Shown: positions 20,206-30,223 of the stretch, piece after piece | How positions within the stretch are numbered: position 1 is the first letter of the stretch | How the letters are laid out: each line of letters starts with the position of its first letter | Assembly (NCBI GenBank): GCA_963662545.2 | Contig: CAXXLL010000003.1 | Span: forward strand, 1,440,001 to 1,504,000 | Length of the DNA stretch: 64,000 bases | DNA from: Gammaproteobacteria bacterium | Lineage (GTDB): Bacteria > Pseudomonadota > Gammaproteobacteria > Ga0077536 | Reading direction: 5' to 3' | The notes under the pieces: model-generated | What the model saw: the letters and a program-made list of their open reading frames with translations, nothing else | What the model was told of the DNA's origin: nothing | The model's database searches: none | Translations under genes and position numbers: made by a program

Positions 20206-21896
20206 CAGAGTGTGTGAAAACTCTGCATCAGATAAGATCTCCCTTTCGGTCCTGGGGAGTCGTCGATGAGCGGGTTCATTGAAGGCGCGGACCGCCGCCA
20301 AACAACGCTGTTTCCCGAGTGTCTGGACGATTATGTCGCTGAGGAGAGTGCGGTGCGGGTCATCGATGTGTTCGTCGATGAGTTGGATCTGTCAGGTCTG
20401 AGTTTCAGAACCGATGCGCATGAGACGGGTCGACCGGGGTATCACCCGGCGACGATGCTGAAGCTCTATATCTACGGTTACCTGAACCGGGTTCAATCGA
20501 GCCGTCGCCTGGAACGGGAGGCGCAGCGGAACGTGGAACTGATGTGGCTGACGGGTCGTCTGGCGCCTGATTTCAAGACCATTGCCGATTTCCGCAAAGA
20601 TAACGGTGACGCCATTCGTCTGGTATGCCGGGAGTTCGTGATGCTGTGCCGTAAGCTGCAGCTGTTTTCGGAAGCCTTCGTGGCGATAGATGGCAGCAAG
20701 TTCAAAGCGGTAAACAACCGTGACCGGAACTTCACGAAGGCGAAGCTGAAACGTCGGTTGCAGCAGATTGACGAGAGCGTTGAGCGGTACCTGGCGGAAA
20801 TTGCAAGTGCCGACCGCCAGGAGCGTGCGGTGTCAGGTGACAAGTCGCAGCGTTTGAAGGACAAGATCGAGGTACTGAAGGAAGAGATAGGCCGCCTAAA
20901 AAAGCTCGAGGTACGGCTCGAGGAGACGCCGGACCATCAGGTCTCACTGACGGACCCGGACGCGCGCTCGATGGCGACGAGCGGCCGTGGCAGCGGCATG
21001 GTGGGGTACAACGTGCAGACGGCGGTCGACACGAAGAGTCATCTGATTGTGGCACATGAAGTGACGAACGTAGGTCATGACCGGGCGCAACTGTCGAACA
21101 TGTCGGAGAAAGCCAAAGAGGCGCTGGATAAGAAGGAGTTGACCGTCGTTGCGGATCGCGGGTACTTCAGTGGCGAAGAGATCTTGGCGTGCGCTAAAGC
21201 CGGCATCACGACCTATCTGCCGAAACCGCAGACCTCGGGTAACCAGGCGAAGGGCTTGTTTGGCAAGCGCGACTTCATTTACCAACCCGAAGAGGATGCG
21301 TATGAATGCCCGGCCGGTGAGCGACTGATTTACCGGTTCACCCGAGTGGAGAAAGGCAAGCAGATCCGGCGCTACTGGAGTTCGGCGTGTCCCCGCTGCC
21401 CGATCAAATCTAAATGCACAACGGGTCGATACCGGCGCGTCAGCCGTTGGGAACATGAAGCGGTTGTTGAAGCGGTGCAGGCGCGATTGGATCGTGAACC
21501 TGACCCTATGCGTGTCCGCCGAGAGACGGTCGAGCATCCATTTGGCACGATCAAATCCTGGATGGGTTCGACCCACTTCCAGATGCGCATGCGCACGCTG
21601 AAACACGTTGGTACGGAAATGAGTCTGCACGTGCTCGCTTACAACATGAAACGCGTGATGAATCTACTGGGTGTCGCTACGCTCATCGAAGCGATGACGG
21701 CATGAGACCCTCTGTGGCCTCGAAAACTCCCTGATCCACGGCTTCACTGCCGGCTTCTGGGGCCGTTCTAAGGAATGTTCCATTAACTAACCGATCGCAT
21801 TGGACCGCGAGCGCGGCCGTCGTAACCGCGCCGCGTTGCGTCTGACGAGGAGTTCTCGACGTGATTCCTCTTCATTCCGAGTTTTCACACACTCTG
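20206..21896 (+). mobile_element. IS1182-family insertion sequence
   Basis: Perfect 18-bp IR CAGAGTGTGTGAAAACTC; 4-bp TSD GGTC (20202-20205, 21897-21900). Confidence 0.92.
20266..21705 (+). CDS. IS1182-family transposase
   Basis: GRPGYHP, SSRRLERE, PDFKTIADFR, AIDGSK, TDPDAR, ADRGY, RRETVEHPFGTIK. Confidence 0.92.
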   Translation: MSGFIEGADRRQTTLFPECLDDYVAEESAVRVIDVFVDELDLSGLSFRTDAHETGRPGYHPATMLKLYIYGYLNRVQSSRRLEREAQRNVELMWLTGRLAPDFKTIADFRKDNGDAIRLVCREFVMLCRKLQLFSEAFVAIDGSKFKAVNNRDRNFTKAKLKRRLQQIDESVERYLAEIASADRQERAVSGDKSQRLKDKIEVLKEEIGRLKKLEVRLEETPDHQVSLTDPDARSMATSGRGSGMVGYNVQTAVDTKSHLIVAHEVTNVGHDRAQLSNMSEKAKEALDKKELTVVADRGYFSGEEILACAKAGITTYLPKPQTSGNQAKGLFGKRDFIYQPEEDAYECPAGERLIYRFTRVEKGKQIRRYWSSACPRCPIKSKCTTGRYRRVSRWEHEAVVEAVQARLDREPDPMRVRRETVEHPFGTIKSWMGSTHFQMRMRTLKHVGTEMSLHVLAYNMKRVMNLLGVATLIEAMTA

Positions 21897-22049
21897 GGTC
21901 GTCAGCGGCCCCATCGCGGCAGCGCAGCACTGTTAAGCATTACGTCTGCAGTACCCTCGTAAGCGGTCGTCGAGTAACTTTCAGTGGTGTGTTAACCGAG
22001 GATGACGGCTTGCGGCCAGGAACAGACATGCCACTCTCTGGGCTGCAAA

Positions 22050-22536
22050 CCCTGAAGCGCGTTTTCAACATCGAAATCGAGATGATCATCGCAGCTGCAA
22101 AAGCTGCGGCGGCCACGTCAAGATCATCGCCTGCATCGAAGATCCGGTGGTGATTGAGAAGATCCTCACCCACCTCGAACGCCAAGATGCAACGGCCGCT
22201 GCCGCTCGTTTACCACCGTGTCGGGCGCCGCCCAAAGCGCGCTTGTTCGCCTGATAGACGCGCAACCACGCGAGTACGACCAGCAGCTGCGACACCGAGC
22301 GACGCGGCACGACTGCATGGACGCAGGAGGTAGAGCAACGCAGGGAGCGGTTGCCGAGAGTCGCTGTCGTGCCGCGGGTCGCAACCGTCGAAATATCGCG
22401 CTGAACTACAGGATTTCTCCCCGCTCAGGGGCGCAATTGCGGCCAACACCGCCTCGAAGCTCAGGTTGAAGACTGTTCGATGACCTGGCGATACCCGATG
22501 GAATTGCGGAAAAGGGCGTTTATTCGCCTTAGACTC
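22050..22536 (+). mobile_element. IS91-family 3' remnant with oriIS-like end
   Basis: LKRVFNI...CGGHVKIIACIEDPVVIEKILTHL C-terminus; end GGGCGTTTATTCGCCTTAGACTC; near-identical to 28970-29404. Confidence 0.75.
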
Positions 22537-22774
22537 CACCATAACAGGCGATGATGTAGGCATCGAAGTCGCCTGCTGCATCGCCTTTTTCGATTTCGTT
22601 CAGGATCCCGGGTACGCACATAACCTCGTCGTAATACGATTCGATCGAAGCCGGCGCGTAGTCCGGTGTCACGGCCACCACTTCGGTGCCGGGCGAGGCG
22701 ACCGAGCGGCCGGCTACTTCGTCCGCCGCGGTCATGTCGTCGGATGAATTTGGATTGATGATCATGATTTTCAT
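22537..22774 (-). pseudogene. Asp/Glu/hydantoin racemase, N-terminal fragment truncated by the IS91 end
   Basis: MKIMIINPNSS...PASIESYYDE...DAYIIACYG then IS91 sequence. Confidence 0.8.
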
Positions 22775-22912
22775 GGGAGGTTCTACTGTGTACGCCGCTG
22801 GCCCGGCTGGCGGTAGGGAGATTCGCCCGCAAGCGGGCGAATCGAAATCTGTTGCGTAATGTAGAACACCACCATAGTGTACGCACGTCGGTGACACGGC
22901 GCGCGGTCCAGC

Positions 22913-23977
22913 ATGGCTCAAGATCATTTTCCACACTTTACCTTTAGCGGCGATCCGCGCACCCGCGGGCTCGCCTATGGGCGGGCATTGCGCGATCGGA
23001 TCCACGCAACCTTTGCGGTGTACAACGAGCGGCTTTTCGTCAAAAGCCCATTGACGCAAGCCGAATTCATGGCGCGGGCTGAACGGGTACGCACAATGAT
23101 CGCGGAATTCAACAATGCGTTCGTCGAGGAACTCGATGCCATTGCCGATAGCGCGGACATCGCGCGCTGGAAGATCTATCTGCTGAACGCCCGCACCGAG
23201 ATCCTGAACGCCGAAGTCGGCGAATGCACCGCCTTGTGTTTTCCGCAATCGCGGGTGATGGGGCAGACCTGGGACTGGTTCGATGGGTTCGAAGAACTTG
23301 CCGTACTCGTGACTTATGAACGCCCCGATAGAACGCGGGTCTTGGCTTTCACTGAACCCGGCATGCTCGCCAAGATAGGCTTTAACAGTGCCGGCGTCGG
23401 CGTCTGCCTGAACTTCCTCGACCATAAGCACGCGCTCGACGGGGTGCCGGTGCATATCCTCACGCGCGCGGTTCTCGAGTGCGAAAGCGTCGATGCGGCA
23501 CGCCGCTCGATCGAACGGTCGGGCTTTGGTAAGTCCAGCCATTTTCTGATCGGCGATGCCGCCGGCGATGCGCTCAGCATCGAGTTCATGGGTGATACCT
23601 CGGCGCTGGTCGAACGCTTTCGCAACGCCTACCTCCACACCAATCATTGCATCTTCCCGGGTGCGCCGGCGGACGTGACCGAAGCGTCATCCTCGACCGC
23701 CTGCCGCCTGACGCGCGCCCGCGCCCTGCTCGAGTCAAACGATGAACGCACATTCGACGTCCTAAAGCACATACTGCTCGACGAACAGGGCGGGGATGTC
23801 GCGATCAACAACCCGTTTCATCCATCCGCCGTCTTCCCGGGGGAACGCATCGGTAGCTGCGGTACTTTCATCATGGATCTGACGCGACGCGAGATCCACG
23901 TGCGGAAAGGACCGCGTGATGTGAATCCGTTGCGCGTTTATACGCTAGACGGCGCGGCATCGGTCGCCGCGGCGTAA
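22913..23977 (+). CDS. C45-family autoproteolytic acyltransferase/hydrolase
   Basis: LNARTEI, GECT (Ntn Cys), GQTWDW, KIGFNSAG, HTNH. Confidence 0.88.
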   Translation: MAQDHFPHFTFSGDPRTRGLAYGRALRDRIHATFAVYNERLFVKSPLTQAEFMARAERVRTMIAEFNNAFVEELDAIADSADIARWKIYLLNARTEILNAEVGECTALCFPQSRVMGQTWDWFDGFEELAVLVTYERPDRTRVLAFTEPGMLAKIGFNSAGVGVCLNFLDHKHALDGVPVHILTRAVLECESVDAARRSIERSGFGKSSHFLIGDAAGDALSIEFMGDTSALVERFRNAYLHTNHCIFPGAPADVTEASSSTACRLTRARALLESNDERTFDVLKHILLDEQGGDVAINNPFHPSAVFPGERIGSCGTFIMDLTRREIHVRKGPRDVNPLRVYTLDGAASVAAA

Positions 23978-24021
23978 TCGCCAAAGCCATTGTCCGACAA
24001 ACCTGTGGCGTGTTGGCAGCG

Positions 24022-26392
24022 CTATCGGTTGGCGGACTCGGTCTCCCCGTCAGCCGCGAACGCTTGCTTGGTCTTGACCCGGGCGACGCCGTAACGCCGC
24101 GCGAGCGCCGGCGTAAACGTGAGGTCGAGCAGCCAGGTGATGACCAGCGTCAACGCCGCAAGCAGCCCGAATTCAGCCTGGCTGCGTAACTCGCCAACGA
24201 CGAGCGTGGCGAAACCCAGGCTTAGTCCCGCCGTCGTGAAGCTCACCGGCCGCACGACTACGGCGAGTGCATTGCCCAAGGCCGCGCGCTCGCCACCGGT
24301 ATGTCGCGCGGTTTCGCGCAGGCGCGCGAAAAAGTGGATGCTGTCGTCGACCGCAATGCCGAGCACGACCGAGGCGACCAGGCTCGTGGTCAAGTTGAGC
24401 GTGACACCACTCCAGCCGAGGATGCCGAAGAACGCCAGAATAGGTAAGACGTTAGGAACCAGTGCAACGGCCGCGAGCTTGAATGAACGAAACATCGCAG
24501 CCAGCACAAGATAGATCGGAATCAGCGCGGCTGACAGGCTTAGAACCTGACCGCGGGTCACATCGTCGAGGGTGCGCGCGATCAAGTACGAACTGCCGGT
24601 CACGTACCCGCGCAAGTCCGGCGAAAGTTCGCGCAACCGGTTTTCGATGCGGTCAGAGAGCCGATTGAGATCGGCGCTCGCCGCGACCCGAGTCCGCACT
24701 TGCAGCAGGGTGCTCATGAACTCGGGATCCGTGAATCACCGTACATCCTCGCTACCGCCGAGCAAGATGAGGTGGCTGGCCAAACCCTTCGAGTCCGGCA
24801 CCGGATCGTCATCAACCAGATCGGGTGCAAGGGCCCGCTCGAGTACACCGATATAGTCGAGCAAGGTATAGACCCCACCGATTTCCGGCTGTTCGAGCAA
24901 CCAGGTCTTGAGCTCGTCCAAGGCCTTGAGGGCAGGCGGCGTTTTGAAAGCATCGAACGTGTCGCTCTCGAGCACGATCTGTAATGGCACGGCGCCTGCG
25001 AAGACCTGACTCATGCGATCGAAATTGCGTCGCAACTCGCTGCCGGCTTGAAAATTGGCCAGGTAATCCGTACTCACGTTAATGCGCGCGACCCCGGCCA
25101 GCGAAAATGCGGTCAGCAACAGGCCGCACATCAGAAACACGCGTCCCTTCCGTTCCGCGAATTGCGCGAGCCAGGGGCCCAGCCGGTCAGCGCGGCGCAC
25201 CGCATCCGCGCGCGGGAGACCGGGCATGAGCACCAGACCGGCCGTTACGACGGTGAGCGCGGCCAGCCACGCCAAAACCGTGCCGAGACTTGCGAACGCA
25301 CCGAACAGACGGATGGAATCGATATCGCTGAAGGTCAGCGAGGCAAAGCCAATCGCCGTGGTGACGGCCGTGAGTGTTACCGGATACGCAACGTCGGCCA
25401 GGGCCGCCCGCGTCGCTCCGGCACGGTCCAAGCCGGCAGCGAAATGCCGATCGAAGTCACTGACGACGTGAATCGCGTAGGCGAATCCAACCACGTAAAT
25501 GGTTGGCGGCAGGATCACGGTGACATAGTTGAGGGAATGCCCGGACACCACGAATACGCCCAAAGTCAGAATCAGCGCGACGGCGTTCGCCATCGATGGC
25601 AACATGACGCCGCGTAAATGACGAAAACCAAGCGCGACGACCAGCAACGTGGCTGCGACCGCCAATGACATTACGCGAAAAAGATCGCGCAGCAGCAGTT
25701 GGCTGATTTCCAAGCGGACGTACAAGGGCCCGGAAAGGAATTGTTCGACGTCGCTCGCTTCTTCGCGCGAAGCGGCCCGGATATCGGCGACGATTCCGAT
25801 CAGCGTGCGCGCCGAAAGTCCGCGCTTGAAGCGCGCGGCGAGCATGGCACCGTGGCCGTCCCGGGACGGCGAGGTAGCCGGCATAGAGCGGGTTTTCCAA
25901 GACTGCGTCCCGCACGGCGAGCGCCGCCGCCGGCGTCTGGGGAAGCTCGCTCAGATATGCGCCGACCTCGGTAAAGTCCTCATAGACGCGTGTCTGGACG
26001 GCCGTGGCAAGGCTTTCCACGTGCTCGACGCCGGGCATGCGCTCGACCCGCCGTGTCAGACGCTTGAACGCGGCCAGTCGCTTGGGGGTGAAAAGGTCCT
26101 CGGCGACCCAGGCGACGAGCAGGAGATCGTCGCTCGAGTATCGAGCTCGGTCCTCGGCGACCCAGGCGACGAGCGAGTATCGATCGCGAACGGCCTCGAA
26201 CCTCGCGAGTTCGACGCCTTGCTGCGGCAACAAGGCACGCACGGAAGGATCGACTTCGAGTGCGAGCTCGAGACTCGGCCATTCGAGCAGGGGAACGAGC
26301 GCCGTCAGGGTCAAACCGAACATGACGGCGATGATGCGTCGCGGGCATGCGACCAGCATGTCGAACATCCGCGCAATCATGACTTGGAGCAC
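24022..26392 (-). pseudogene. MMPL/RND-family transporter, frameshifted into three ORFs
   Basis: LGIAVDDSIHF, VGFAYAIH, TAVTTAIGFASL motifs across ORFs 26392-, 25884-, 24717-. Confidence 0.8.
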
Positions 26393-26491
26393 TTACGCTA
26401 GCAGCTTTTACTTTCCGACCGTGACTTCAAACCGTTCGTTAAATACCTAGGGCTAAAATCTGCGCTACCCGCCTGACAGTGCGCGAATCGG

Positions 26492-27323
26492 TCAATGACC
26501 GCCGCGCCTGAGTTCGGAGAGTTCGAACATGGCGTCATCGAGATCGGGATCGATGGCGACTTCTTCGACGATAAAGACACTTTGAGTATTGAACTTGAGG
26601 TCTGACATCGTCGTGCGGAACGAGACCCAATGGCGCGAAGAAATCTGTTCGGGATCGATCGTCGACCATCTGGATCTCTTCGCGTTCGGCCGTAAGCTGC
26701 TTGCGCAAATCACCATTCGGCGCGAAGAAATCTGTTCGTATGGGCAGGCAGACCTCTTTATCGATGTAAAACCTGAGGAGACTGTAGTGTGCATTGTCGT
26801 CCGGTTTGACGGTCTCCATCACGTAGGCAGGAAAGCCATCGATGTCGGCATCCTCGACGCGAACGACTTCCTCGCGTTCGTCAACCCGATAGAAATATGA
26901 AAAATCTTCATACGTGAAATCCGTGCCGAGAATAGAGCCGAAAAATGATTCGCCGGTAACCCGTCTGATGCGCTTGATCATGGGTGAGTAGGACATATAA
27001 GACACGACGTTTTTCTCGGCATCGTCACTGATCAGGACCGCAACACCTTTCTCGTCGAGCGGCTCCAATACGCGCACGAGTATTCGAGAATCGTTAGTCT
27101 GCGAACGTTTCCAGAAGACCGTGCGCCTCGACTCGCGTACATGCCCGTTGGTGCCGATGACTTCCACTTTTTGCACCTGGGTCGCGGTTTCCGTCGGTAA
27201 CGCCCGATCTGCGCACTCGCGAACCTCGGGGTCTTCGATACGCGACGTATCGAAAGCGCATACGTTGAACGTCATTGCAAAAAGCGCGGCCCCGAATAGT
27301 GGGGCGCGTCGGTGATTCCGCAC
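26492..27323 (-). pseudogene. Outer-membrane lipoprotein-sorting (LolA-like) protein, frameshifted by a ~25 bp insertion
   Basis: KRIRRV, FGSILGTDFTYEDF, NGDLRK; C-terminus WVSFRTTMSDL...LRRGGH in another frame; upstream of MMPL as is usual. Confidence 0.72.
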
Positions 27324-27503
27324 GGGGATTCTCCTTTCGTGAATGTGGTGTTTTCCCGGAATTTACTTCGCCCGATCCAGGCTACCGGGAACGTATCATA
27401 CTTCCCTCAGCAACGCGGGCCGCTTATGCTTGTTCGGGTACTTTTACCTCAGGCGGTTAGCGTATCCAGGCCCCAAGTCCTTTCATTGTGCCGGAGTCGA
27501 CAC

Positions 27504-28031
27504 ATGACTGATGCCAGAAAATTCAATGAACTCATCGCGCGCCAGGAGATCGCGGATGTGATTTACCGCTACGCACGCGGCATCGATCGTCTCGATTTCG
27601 ATCTCGTTCGCTCGTGTTATCACAGCGATGCTTACGATGACCACGGTGCGTTTGCCGGCAATGTCGACGAATTCATCGAGGCCGCCGGAGTATTTTTGCA
27701 GCGTTGGACGGCGACGCAGCATTTCATGGGGAATATGCTTATCGAGATCGATGGTGATTTCGCCAGAGCCGAAACCTATGCGGTGGCCTACCATCGCCTT
27801 GAAGATGAACATGGCAACGGTAAAGACGACATCATGGGTATCCGCTAAGTCGATCGTTTCGAAAATCGAGACAGTGCGTGGAAAATTGCCTACCGCGTCG
27901 TCGCCACGGAATGGCGGCGGGTAGATCCGTTAAAGGGCGCAAGGCATCGCAACGAAATCGGCGTCTGGGGCCGCCGCGACAAAGACGACGTCATCAACTG
28001 GGTAATGACGGCCGCACCGCCCTCAGCTTGA
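27504..28031 (+). pseudogene. SnoaL-like/NTF2-family protein with premature TAA at 27846-27848
   Basis: RYARGIDRLDFD...DDHG...TQHFMGN...AETY, then GIR*VDRFENRDSAWKIAYR continues in frame. Confidence 0.8.
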
Positions 28032-28180
28032 GGCGGAACACCACTCGCGCGCATCTGTTCTGCCGATTACTTCCCACAAGCACTGACAATTTTTTCGTAT
28101 CGTCGCGAACAAAGCGAGCCTGTCTTGAACACCCATAGCGAACAGCAAAAATTGAGACCGCCGTCCTGCTGCAAGCAGAC

Positions 28181-29404
28181 AAGGCGCCGACGAGTGCTGA
28201 GCTGACCCACCTGACACACACCATCGCTCAGCGCGTCGGGCGCTTCCTGGAACGCCAGGGGCTGCTGGTACGCGATGCCGACGACTGCATGGATGCAGGA
28301 GGTAGAGCAACGCAGGGAGCAGTTGCCGAGAACAGCTATCTGTGCGCGGAGGCCATGGAAGCGGGGCCGTTCGATGAGCTCCTGGGTCACTCGATGATGT
28401 GCAGGGAAGCACGAATGCCGCGGAGCGCAGGGATGCGCTGGAGCGGCCACGTATCGCATCGCGGTGGGCCCGCACGCGGGCCGCAAGGTGTTCACCCTAC
28501 AGACACTACCGGACTGCAATGAGCCGTTCGTTGACCAGGTGGGCAGGATGCCCGGAGTACTTCATTGCGCGGTTGGCAGCGTTGGTGCCCAAGCCCAGAG
28601 TCAACTTGACCCGCTTGGATGGGGGACATCCCTGTCCCCCACCCTTCGGGCAACCTTCGGTTGTCCAAATTTATTCCAGATAAATTTGTCACGGCGTTTT
28701 CGCCCCCAACAGCGCGCATCGTGCGCGGGTGACGCCTTCCAAGCGCGCTAAGGGCAACAAGGCCAGCACGGCAGATGCGACGGACGGCCCAACACCGGTC
28801 GAACGCCGGGCAGCGATGGCCGGTTTTTGCTCCTGCAAAACAGGCATACATGCCATCCATGGCAATAACCTGGGCGCAGCGCCTGAAGCGCGTTTTCAAA
28901 GCTTCCGCGTCCTGCTCACGCCCCTGACCTACATCCCTGTAGGCCACATCGACATCGAGACCTGCAAGCGCTGCGGCGGCCACGTCAAGATCATCGCCTG
29001 CATCGAAGATCCGGTGGTGATTGAGAAGATCCTCACCCACCTCGAACGCCAAGATGCAACGGCCGCTGCCGCTCGTTTACCACCGTGTCGGGCGCCGCCC
29101 AAAGCGCGCTTGTTCGCCTGATAGACGCGCAACCACGCGAGTACGACCAGCAGCTGCGACACCGAGCGACGCGGCACGACTGCATGGACGCAGGAGGTAG
29201 AGCAACGCAGGGAGCGGTTGCCGAGAGTCGCTGTCGTGCCGCGGGTCGCAACCGTCGAAATATCGCGCTGAACTACAGGATTTCTCCCCGCTCAGGGGCG
29301 CAATTGCGGCCAACACCGCCTCGAAGCTCAGGCTGACGGCTGTTCGATGACCTGAGGATATTCGATGGGCTTGGGGGAAAGGGCGTTTATTCGGCCTATA
29401 CTCG
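28181..29404 (+). mobile_element. Degenerate IS91-family element (transposase with internal deletion and five small insertions) plus oriIS-like end
   Basis: KAPTSAEL, RIAVGPHAGRKVFTLQT, FIARLAALVPKPRVNLTRFHGVFAPN, AMTWAQRLKRVFNIDIETC recovered after removing inserts; end GGGCGTTTATTCGGCCTATACTC. Confidence 0.85.
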
Positions 29405-29767
29405 ACTCTTCGTCCTCATCTACCTCGAGCGCAAAGACACGTCAACTATTGCCCCGCGTTTGCCACCGTCTCGAGGGCCGCCGCAGGTCAGTTTGTTCGA
29501 TTGAGACAGCACACAACTACGGTGAAAGGCTCACGGCTGCGACACTGACGAAGCGCCACGGATGCTGTCGGCTCGATGGTGGGAACTGTCGGAAATTCCG
29601 CTTATGCGAGCGACTTCTCCTGGTTCGAAACGTGCGATGACGGTTGATACCACACCGAAACGCCGGTTGTGGCCGTTGGGTAATCCGCAGATACTCGACG
29701 GGGCTTGCGAGAGATCGCCGAAAGATAGCGTTTGTGTTTCCTATACTTGTCCGTGGAGGTTTTTTGA

Positions 29768-30223
29768 TTGGCCAAGCTCCGCATTAACCAGCGAGATTTC
29801 CATGTCAGCGCAGCCGCGGATACGCCGCTATTGTGGGTGCTGCGTGACGAGCTTGGCCTCACTGGGACCAAGTACGGTTGTGGCAAAGCGCTATGCGGCG
29901 CTTGCACCGTATTTGTCGAGGGGAAACCTGTACGTGCATGCACCCTACCTCACACCGCGCTCGAGGGTAAGGAAATCACGACAATCGAGGGGATCGATTC
30001 GGAGGAATCGCGCGCGGTGCGTGCCGCCTGGCTCGAGATCGACGTCGCGCAATGCGGCTACTGTCAGTCGGGGCAGATTCTTTCTGCAACCGCGTTGCTT
30101 ACGCACAATCGTAAACCAAGTGACGACGATATCGATCGTGCGATGGACGGCAATATTTGCCGCTGCGCAACCTACGCCCGCATCCGCGAAGCGATCCATC
30201 GAGCGGCGGACACCTTGTCATGA
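29768..30223 (+). CDS. iorA: Isoquinoline 1-oxidoreductase alpha-like [2Fe-2S] subunit
   Basis: [42 protein letters not shown]. Confidence 0.88.
   Translation: MAKLRINQRDFHVSAAADTPLLWVLRDELGLTGTKYGCGKALCGACTVFVEGKPVRACTLPHTALEGKEITTIEGIDSEESRAVRAAWLEIDVAQCGYCQSGQILSATALLTHNRKPSDDDIDRAMDGNICRCATYARIREAIHRAADTLS

Larger units (their letters stand above)
20192..22027. repeat. Inverted triad of palindromic units (C-B-A), unit C interrupted by IS1182
   Basis: GTCCGCT-GTGGGTCGTC-AGCGGCC (after IS removal); GTCTGCA-GTACCCTCGTA-AGCGGTC (21944-21968); GACGGCT-TGCGGCCAGG-AACAGAC (22004-22027); reverse complement aligns with 9974-10046 and 11483-11555. Confidence 0.75.

Noticed and set aside
22529-23647. 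372-aa minus-strand ORF
   Set aside because: Mostly the antisense shadow of the C45 gene; only the last ~80 codons (racemase fragment) look like real coding sequence
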